DNA from: Pseudomonadota bacterium | Lineage (GTDB): Bacteria; Campylobacterota; Campylobacteria; Campylobacterales; Sulfurimonadaceae | Direction: 5' to 3' | DNA: 64,000 nt | Assembly: GCA_043797085.1 (NCBI GenBank) | Contig: JAZDQA010000005.1 | Coordinates: 32,001 to 96,000 of the forward strand | Shown here: piece by piece, positions 57,598 through 64,000 of the stretch | How positions within the stretch are numbered: position 1 is the first letter of the stretch | Layout of the letters: every line of letters begins with the position of its first letter | Made by a program: the position numbers and the translations under genes | Notes under the pieces: model-generated | What the model saw: the letters and a program-made list of their open reading frames with translations, nothing else | Told to the model about the DNA's origin: nothing | The model's database searches: none

Positions 57598-59064
57598 TCA
57601 AATCCCCTCTGCATAGATTTCTATTGGATACTTACTCTCAAGCATTTTTAACAGCTTTTGATTGAGTAAATTTCCTTTTAGCTTTATAACGGTGTTATCA
57701 TCAGCTATTACCGTCTCTTGTAGCAACTTTTGTTCCAAAACGTTATAAAGAATAACATTTCCGCTTTCCAAAGTTAAAAACCCTTGTTTTTGTTTAGAAG
57801 CAAACAGCTTGTTAACAAATTCGCTAGATTCTCTTGCTGATAATCCCGCCAATTGTGTACTTTCTTTACGGGTAATGAAGTCACTCACTGTCCCATGAAA
57901 TGTTTTAAAACTATTTTGTGCTAACTCTTGAAGTTTGGCTTTTCTCATCTCATGAGTGTAACCGATGTTAGCTTCAGCTTTTGCTTCTTCATACGTTTTT
58001 GACATGGACGGATTAAGTTTTTCAAGCTTAATAATAATGTATTCGTTATTCATTTTTCGGGGTTTCAAAAATTGTTTTTGAGCATTAAGCGTTGCAAGGT
58101 CTTTTAAGAGTTCAGCCGGAAAGATTTTTGAATCGGAAGAGACATTGATTTTTTCAATTGCAACCGAGGAAGGAAGTGAGCCTTTTTTAAAGTCGATATA
58201 ACGTCGAAGAGCTTCTTTTTGGGTTGCTGTATCATTGAGAGCTGCGATGACTTGAGGACGTGCTTGAGAAAGTTCAAGTATTTTGCCGTCATTGGAGGTG
58301 AAGGTGTGCATGTTTGACTGGTAGTAAGCAGTGATCTCTGTTTCACTTGGAACAGTATTTAAAGGAGCTTGATGGACGATTGAGATATCGTAACTTGCTG
58401 CTTTTTTATAATTATTTTTATTTTTTCCCCAATACGCTTTTAATGCCGCTTCATCAGCCTGAATGGTAATCATATCGGGAGTAAGAACTTTGTAGTCGAT
58501 TTTATCCGCAACACCCATGGCGTATGCAATGGATTTTTCTTCTAACGGACTAACTTTTGGAGAGAAAAGATAAAGCGTTTTTTGGATGAGCAGTTCACGA
58601 CGCATCGTAGACTCATACTCTTTAATCGTAAGATGATTTTGTTTAAGGGTATCAGTATACTGTTGTTTGTCAAATTGACCATTTTTAGTAAATGCCTGTT
58701 GTGTTTTGATCAAATCAAAAAGCTCTGCATCGCTGATTTGCAATTGATAACTTTCTGCCAGATTTAAAATAAGCGATTGATCAACAAGATTTTTAAGAGC
58801 TTGACGTTGCAAACCAAACTCTTTTGCTTGTTTCTCATCCAGCTTGCCTTGAAACATTTGATTGTATTGGTTAAACAAATTGGTATAACTTTTTTGAAGT
58901 TCTTCTTGAGTGATGGTGATCTTTCCGACTTTAGCGACTGCTCCGGCTTTATCGCCGTAATCGTATTGTCCCCAGCCTACAAATCCTGCTCCAATAAAAG
59001 CGATGGTAGAGATCCAAATCGTTATGACAAGGTATTTTCGGTGGCGTTGCATCCAAGTAATCAT
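57598..59064 (-). CDS. PpiD-like periplasmic chaperone (SurA N-terminal domain)
   Basis: MITWMQRHRKYLVITIWISTIAFIGAGFVGWG, GQFDKQQY; upstream of ftsA as in other Campylobacterota. Confidence 0.88.
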   Translation of the reverse strand: MITWMQRHRKYLVITIWISTIAFIGAGFVGWGQYDYGDKAGAVAKVGKITITQEELQKSYTNLFNQYNQMFQGKLDEKQAKEFGLQRQALKNLVDQSLILNLAESYQLQISDAELFDLIKTQQAFTKNGQFDKQQYTDTLKQNHLTIKEYESTMRRELLIQKTLYLFSPKVSPLEEKSIAYAMGVADKIDYKVLTPDMITIQADEAALKAYWGKNKNNYKKAASYDISIVHQAPLNTVPSETEITAYYQSNMHTFTSNDGKILELSQARPQVIAALNDTATQKEALRRYIDFKKGSLPSSVAIEKINVSSDSKIFPAELLKDLATLNAQKQFLKPRKMNNEYIIIKLEKLNPSMSKTYEEAKAEANIGYTHEMRKAKLQELAQNSFKTFHGTVSDFITRKESTQLAGLSARESSEFVNKLFASKQKQGFLTLESGNVILYNVLEQKLLQETVIADDNTVIKLKGNLLNQKLLKMLESKYPIEIYAEGI

Positions 59065-59208
59065 TATGTTGTGGACCTTTAATATGGTTTTATGGTGTAA
59101 AATTAGGATATTTTAGTGCGTTTACCATTAAACTTCTATGAAAATAGAGGTGGAATAACAGATGTTATAACATTTATAGGTAAAAATTGATTAATTATAG
59201 GGATTGAT

Positions 59209-60510
59209 ATGACTAATGCTACGATTTCACAACGGGATCAGAATGTTTTATGGCATCCGTGTACCCAGATGAAAGATCACGAAACGTTTCCGATTATTCC
59301 CATTGCACGCGGACGAGGTGTTTATCTTGAAGATTTTGAGGGAAAGCAATACATCGATGCGATCAGCAGTTGGTGGGTAAATCTTTTTGGTCATGCAAAC
59401 CGCGAAATTAACGATAAAATCAAAGAACAATTGGACACATTGGAACATGTGATACTTGCAGGATTTACCCATGAAGGGATCGTTCGTCTCTCAGAGCGTC
59501 TGATTGCGCTTGCTCCGGATGGATTAAGCCGCTGTTTTTACGCCGATAACGGTTCGAGCGCCATTGAAGTTGCGCTAAAAATGTCGTACCATGCACACAA
59601 AAATAAGGGTGCTAACAAAGCGTTATTCGTCTCTCTTTCCAACAGTTATCACGGAGAAACATTGGGAGCCCTTTCGATCGGCGATGTAGCTCTTTATAAA
59701 GAGACGTATGCCCCGTTGTTAATCCATTCCATTCAAACTCCTGTTCCTATCAATCAGTCGATTGAAGCAGCGCAAGCGGCACTTGATGCGTATGAAGTGT
59801 TATTAAAAGAAAAAAGTGCCGAAATCGCCGCACTCATTGTTGAGCCGCTTGTTCAAGGGGCGGGTGGAATGGTGATGTACCATCCCTATTTTCTAACCGG
59901 AGCCAAAAAATTGTGTGAAAACTATGGCGTCCATTTTATTGCGGATGAAATCATGGTAGGGTTTGGGAGAACGGGGAGTATGTTTGCGTGTGAGCAAGCG
60001 GGTATTACGCCTGATTTTCTAATCCTCTCCAAAGGGCTTACAGGAGGATATTTACCTTTATCGGTGGTAATAACAACGGATGCTGTTTATGATACTTTTT
60101 ATTGCGATTATGACCCATACCGAACTTTTTTGCATTCACACAGTTATACGGGCAATGCGCTTGCGTGCGCGGCAGCCAATGCAACATTGGATATTTTTGA
60201 GAATAACAATGTTATTGAAGCCAATAAAGTTTTATCTGCCCTTATTGCGATAGAACTTTTACGGTTTGAAAAACGTACTGATGTGAAAGAAACACGCCAA
60301 TGCGGTATGATTGGAGTTATTGAACTAGAGGGCTTTGACCCAAGCCAACGAATTGGGGTGAAGCTTCATCGACATTGTTTGGGGCTTGGGGTATTAATAC
60401 GACCTTTGGGGAGTGTTATTTATGTTATGCCTCCGTATGTTATAACAAAGAATGAGCTAGTGAGAATATTTGATGCGATTGAGTCGGCTTTAAACGAGCA
60501 CTGTGTATAA
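59209..60510 (+). CDS. bioA: Adenosylmethionine-8-amino-7-oxononanoate aminotransferase
   Basis: WHPCTQM, DAISSWWV, DNGSSAIEVALKM, YHGET, EPLVQGAGGM, ADEIMVGFGRTG, SKGLTGG. Confidence 0.97.
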   Translation: MTNATISQRDQNVLWHPCTQMKDHETFPIIPIARGRGVYLEDFEGKQYIDAISSWWVNLFGHANREINDKIKEQLDTLEHVILAGFTHEGIVRLSERLIALAPDGLSRCFYADNGSSAIEVALKMSYHAHKNKGANKALFVSLSNSYHGETLGALSIGDVALYKETYAPLLIHSIQTPVPINQSIEAAQAALDAYEVLLKEKSAEIAALIVEPLVQGAGGMVMYHPYFLTGAKKLCENYGVHFIADEIMVGFGRTGSMFACEQAGITPDFLILSKGLTGGYLPLSVVITTDAVYDTFYCDYDPYRTFLHSHSYTGNALACAAANATLDIFENNNVIEANKVLSALIAIELLRFEKRTDVKETRQCGMIGVIELEGFDPSQRIGVKLHRHCLGLGVLIRPLGSVIYVMPPYVITKNELVRIFDAIESALNEHCV

Positions 60511-60538
60511 TGCAACTAACATAATCTAAGGTTTTTAA

Positions 60539-61459
60539 GTGCAAGATATCCCTCATATTCCTGTTTTGTACCGTGAAGTGGTAGAAGCATTTGCCATGTG
60601 TGACACAGGAATTATTATAGACTGTACGCTTGGGTACGGCGGGCATACGTCATTATTGCTCGATGCTCAACCCAACCGTAACGTAGTCGGTATTGATCAA
60701 GACCCTACGGCGATTGAATTTTCAACGAAGCGTTTGATCCCTTACGGAGATCGAGCTGAGATACGGCAAGGGCGTTTTTCGACCGTGGCAGAAGCTGTTT
60801 TGACCGAAAAAACCGATCAGGTTTGCGGTATTTTAGCCGATATAGGGGTATCCTCTTTACAGCTTGATGTAAGAGAACGCGGATTTTCATATGAGAGCGA
60901 TTGCTTGGATATGCGAATGGACCCCAATGCGTCATTGAGTGCGTATGAGGTGGTCAATACCTATGGACAAAGTGATTTAGAGAAAATTTTGCGTGAATAC
61001 GGAGAAGTGACAAACGCTCGTGTCGTTGCCGAGACGATGGTCAAAAAACGTCCTTTTGAGTCGGCAAAAGAGCTTTCGAATGCGATTTTTCATTTGATGC
61101 CCAAGGGTAAAAAAATTCATCCAAGTACCCTTGTGATGCAGGGAATCCGCATTGAGGTAAACGATGAACTGGGTGAATTGGTCAGATTGTTGGATGCGAT
61201 TGAAAATGGACCGCAAAAACGGTTGCGCGTCGGAATCATTACGTTCCATTCTCTGGAGGATCGAATTGTAAAGCAGCGTTTTGCCTTGTGGGCAAAAAAT
61301 TGTATCTGTCCGGATGATGCGATGCGATGTACGTGCGGCAATAATCACTCAATAGGTAAAGTAATAACCAAAAAACCGTTGAGTGCGCAAGACGACGAAC
61401 TGCGTGCCAACTCGAGATCACGAAGTGCAAAATTACGAATTTTTGAGATAAACAGATAG
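60539..61459 (+). CDS. rsmH: 16S rRNA m4C1402 methyltransferase
   Basis: HIPVL, DCTLGYGGH, DIGVSSLQLD, LDMRMD, RIEVNDEL, TFHSLEDRIVK, RSRSAKLR. Confidence 0.97.
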   Translation: MQDIPHIPVLYREVVEAFAMCDTGIIIDCTLGYGGHTSLLLDAQPNRNVVGIDQDPTAIEFSTKRLIPYGDRAEIRQGRFSTVAEAVLTEKTDQVCGILADIGVSSLQLDVRERGFSYESDCLDMRMDPNASLSAYEVVNTYGQSDLEKILREYGEVTNARVVAETMVKKRPFESAKELSNAIFHLMPKGKKIHPSTLVMQGIRIEVNDELGELVRLLDAIENGPQKRLRVGIITFHSLEDRIVKQRFALWAKNCICPDDAMRCTCGNNHSIGKVITKKPLSAQDDELRANSRSRSAKLRIFEINR

Positions 61460-61465
61460 GTTACA

Positions 61466-61744
61466 ATGAACGAAAAGCATGACATATTAGAAGAGACGCA
61501 ATCGATTATAAACCCTGATGAAACGATGGGAATAGGGTTTTTACGTAATGTTTTTTTTGGAATATTTTTAATTTTGATCATTGTATTTCCAAAAATCTTT
61601 ATCCAAACTCAAATCTATTTCAAAAGCCGCGAAATCTCAACGCTTAATCGCGAACACGATGCCCTCAAAGAAGAAAATCGAATCATAAGAGCAAAGGTAG
61701 AACATATGGTGTACAAAAATAAAATTTTGGATACGTTGTTTTAA
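61466..61744 (+). CDS. FtsL-like small bitopic protein
   Basis: Single TM followed by a coiled coil, directly after rsmH. Confidence 0.6.
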   Translation: MNEKHDILEETQSIINPDETMGIGFLRNVFFGIFLILIIVFPKIFIQTQIYFKSREISTLNREHDALKEENRIIRAKVEHMVYKNKILDTLF

Positions 61745-61809
61745 CGTTTTATGAACTAAAGAATACAGATGGTATAATCGCCGTTTTAAATTGATATTTT
61801 GGGGATACG

Positions 61810-62094
61810 ATGTATAATTTATTCGAAGACGAAGACGATATTTTTCAGGGTTCACCGAAAAGCAAATTTATGGACATTGTTTATGCCGCTAATCGTGATT
61901 TAGTTCAAAATGAGCTTGAACGTTTGATGGGGCGTATGGCGGTCATGGAGATGCTATTGCAAGAACAGCATGGTGAAGACCATATTGATTCGATTCTTCG
62001 CAATGCTGAGTTTGAGCGGGCAGATGAAGTCAGCTCGATGATTAAAAATCTCTATATCATCTCTGTTGGGAACGTGTTGAGCCGAAACGAATAG
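61810..62094 (+). CDS. DUF2018-like conserved hypothetical protein
   Basis: DIFQGSPKSKFMDIV..ANRDLV, GNVLSRNE. Confidence 0.7.
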   Translation: MYNLFEDEDDIFQGSPKSKFMDIVYAANRDLVQNELERLMGRMAVMEMLLQEQHGEDHIDSILRNAEFERADEVSSMIKNLYIISVGNVLSRNE

Positions 62095-62102
62095 AAGGAT
62101 TG

Positions 62103-62522
62103 ATGATTAAAGCTTTTCTACTCTTTGTGTTTCTTGTTTTTTCATTGCAGGGAGCTCCTTGGCGAGAAATGAAAAGTTTTACTCTCAAAAAAGATGAAAC
62201 CGTTCGATTGGTCATAAAAACAACAACACCCAAGAAAGAGAGAATTTTTTTATGGCGATGGACTCTTTATGCTGATAAAGCGTTGGTGGTTCATGAAAGT
62301 TTTGATCGATTTGTCGGGCAGCATATTCTTTATCTTGGGCTCAATGACAGTTTTCGAAAACCTCTCTTGCCTGCGCTTAAAAGCGAGAGAGATGTTCCGT
62401 ATGCTTTAGTGGTATTTAAAAAGTTTGACGATAAAAATCAAACCGCTTTGTTTGATTTTTTACTGATTGATAGAGAAAAGAGAATTTTAGTGGATTATTT
62501 AGAGAAGGAAGTGAAGAAGTAA
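62103..62522 (+). CDS. Exported hypothetical protein
   Basis: Signal peptide, LKKDE, WRWTLY; translationally coupled to the next gene. Confidence 0.65.
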   Translation: MIKAFLLFVFLVFSLQGAPWREMKSFTLKKDETVRLVIKTTTPKKERIFLWRWTLYADKALVVHESFDRFVGQHILYLGLNDSFRKPLLPALKSERDVPYALVVFKKFDDKNQTALFDFLLIDREKRILVDYLEKEVKK

Positions 62523-63412
62523 TGATGGAACGTGTCGAAGCTCTCATCCGCCAATTGATTACAGAAATTGATTTTCCTCAAGCCGTGGAGCTTTTTTCCA
62601 AGCTCTCAGGGGGAAAACGACTTCGTGCAAAACTGATTTTGACGATCGCTCCCTCACATCCTGATGCTCCTTTGCTTGGGGCTATTGTCGAACTCATCCA
62701 TGCTGCAAGCTTGCTCCACGACGATGTTATCGATGAAGCAACGTTGCGACGGGGAACAGCATCGGTAAATGCCACGCATGGTTCCAAGGTTGCTATTATG
62801 CTGGGGGATATTTTGTATTCCAAAGCTTTTAGTGCATTAACGGCATTTGATCCGCGCATTGCCCATGCGGTCGCTCAATCGGTGACGAAACTCTCAGTAG
62901 GCGAAATGATGGACGTTGAGATGGCAAAAAGTTTCAATGTTAATCGTGATGATTATCTCCATATGCTCTACCTTAAAACAGCTACGTTGATTGAGTCGTG
63001 TGCTTATTGTGCGGCTTTGCTTGAAAACAAAGAAGAAGAGAAATATGCACTGTACGGGAAAAATTTAGGGACTGCCTTTCAAATTGTCGATGATATTTTA
63101 GATATTACGAGCGACGATGCTACCCTTGGCAAACCTTCACTGAATGATTTTGTCGAAGGTAAAACAACCTTGCCTTATATTGATCTATACGATGCACTTG
63201 GTAGCAGAGAAAAAGAGATGTTAGTGGGATGTCATGGACGTGTTTTGGATTCGCAGGAGAAAGAGTGGCTTTTTGGCGTTATGGAAAAACACGGTGTCAT
63301 TGAAAAGTCGTACGCGTATGCACAGCTGCTTTGTGATGAAGCTATCCGTGCCGTTTCTCATGAGGATGCATTGCGCGCCATCATTACCAGTGTCATTTTG
63401 AGAAACCATTAA
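62522..63412 (+). CDS. ispB: Polyprenyl diphosphate synthase (IspB-like)
   Basis: GGKRLR, ELIHAASLLHDDVID, RRG, FQIVDDILD, EGKTTLP. Confidence 0.9.
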   Translation: MMERVEALIRQLITEIDFPQAVELFSKLSGGKRLRAKLILTIAPSHPDAPLLGAIVELIHAASLLHDDVIDEATLRRGTASVNATHGSKVAIMLGDILYSKAFSALTAFDPRIAHAVAQSVTKLSVGEMMDVEMAKSFNVNRDDYLHMLYLKTATLIESCAYCAALLENKEEEKYALYGKNLGTAFQIVDDILDITSDDATLGKPSLNDFVEGKTTLPYIDLYDALGSREKEMLVGCHGRVLDSQEKEWLFGVMEKHGVIEKSYAYAQLLCDEAIRAVSHEDALRAIITSVILRNH

Positions 63413-64000
63413 TGCATTACTTTGTCATTAGTTTTTCACATAAAAATTCAACATTGGCTCAGCGTGAAAAACTGGCATTCGCGGATGATGCCTCAAAAAT
63501 AAAAATGCTCACCCATATTAATGAGCACAGCAACATTAGTGAATCCATGATTCTCTCAACCTGTAACCGCATGGAAATTTTATGCAGCTGTTCTTGCGTT
63601 GAAGATGCAGAAGACCATATCTTGACGTTGTTGTCGATCCATGCTAAAAGCGGACGAGATGAACTGAAATCACGAGCGGATATTCTCAATAATTACGGAG
63701 CGATTCATCATCTTTTTAGTGTTGCAAGTTCTTTGGATTCGATGGTAATCGGAGAGACGCAAATCGCAGGTCAGCTCAAAGATGCTTTCAAGCTTTCCAG
63801 TGAAAATGGGTTCTGCGGAATTAAGCTCTCACGAGCATTGATCGCGGCCCAAAAATGTGCTGCTGAAATTCGTAATGCAACCGATATCTCATCCCGTCCC
63901 GTCTCTATCGCGAGTGTGGCTGTTTCAAAAGCCCGCGAGTGCGTAGGAACGTTTGAAGGGGTGAAGGTTCTTGTCATCGGTTCGGGCGAAATGTCCGTGA
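63412..64000 (+). CDS. hemA: Glutamyl-tRNA reductase, 5' part (runs off window)
   Basis: MHYFVISFSHKN, ILSTCNRME, HLFSVASSLDSMVIGETQIAGQLK, VIGSGEM. Confidence 0.95.
   Translation, partial: MHYFVISFSHKNSTLAQREKLAFADDASKIKMLTHINEHSNISESMILSTCNRMEILCSCSCVEDAEDHILTLLSIHAKSGRDELKSRADILNNYGAIHHLFSVASSLDSMVIGETQIAGQLKDAFKLSSENGFCGIKLSRALIAAQKCAAEIRNATDISSRPVSIASVAVSKARECVGTFEGVKVLVIGSGEMSV

Overview
A gene-dense chromosomal window from a Campylobacterota (epsilonproteobacterial) bacterium. The gene content resembles Sulfuricurvum/Sulfurimonas, but that is inference only. Housekeeping genes lie at both ends (K+ channel/Trk, gpsA, an ABC-F ATPase; tex, mscL, a MacAB-TolC-like exporter, prmC, ftsZ-ftsA-ppiD, bioA, rsmH, ispB, hemA). 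Three accessory systems lie between them. (1) A ferredoxin-type assimilatory nitrate pathway split over three minus-strand units: cobA-nirA-narB (with a divergent siroheme-synthesis gene), nrtABD plus a porin, and narK plus a PP2C-phosphatase/Ser-Thr-kinase fusion. All three units share a 23-bp motif at the same position against the ribosome-binding site, a candidate undescribed nitrate regulon signal. (2) A near-complete type II secretion cluster (K-L-M-N-C-D-E-F, G-H-I-J, lytic transglycosylase) wrapped around a Tat-exported PhoX phosphatase with a Pho-box-like promoter. (3) An exported rhodanese and a TonB-dependent receptor that share a 16-bp upstream motif. Non-coding structure includes a dispersed ~82-bp repeat family with a covarying stem (4 copies), a 170-bp MITE-like inverted repeat and a GTCATTCCG-type palindromic element. 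There is also a disarmed toxin-antitoxin locus and a probable in-frame deletion in the GAF domain of a GGDEF/EAL protein. No rRNA, tRNA, CRISPR array, integrase or transposase was recognised. All product calls come from motif recognition by eye, not database searches.
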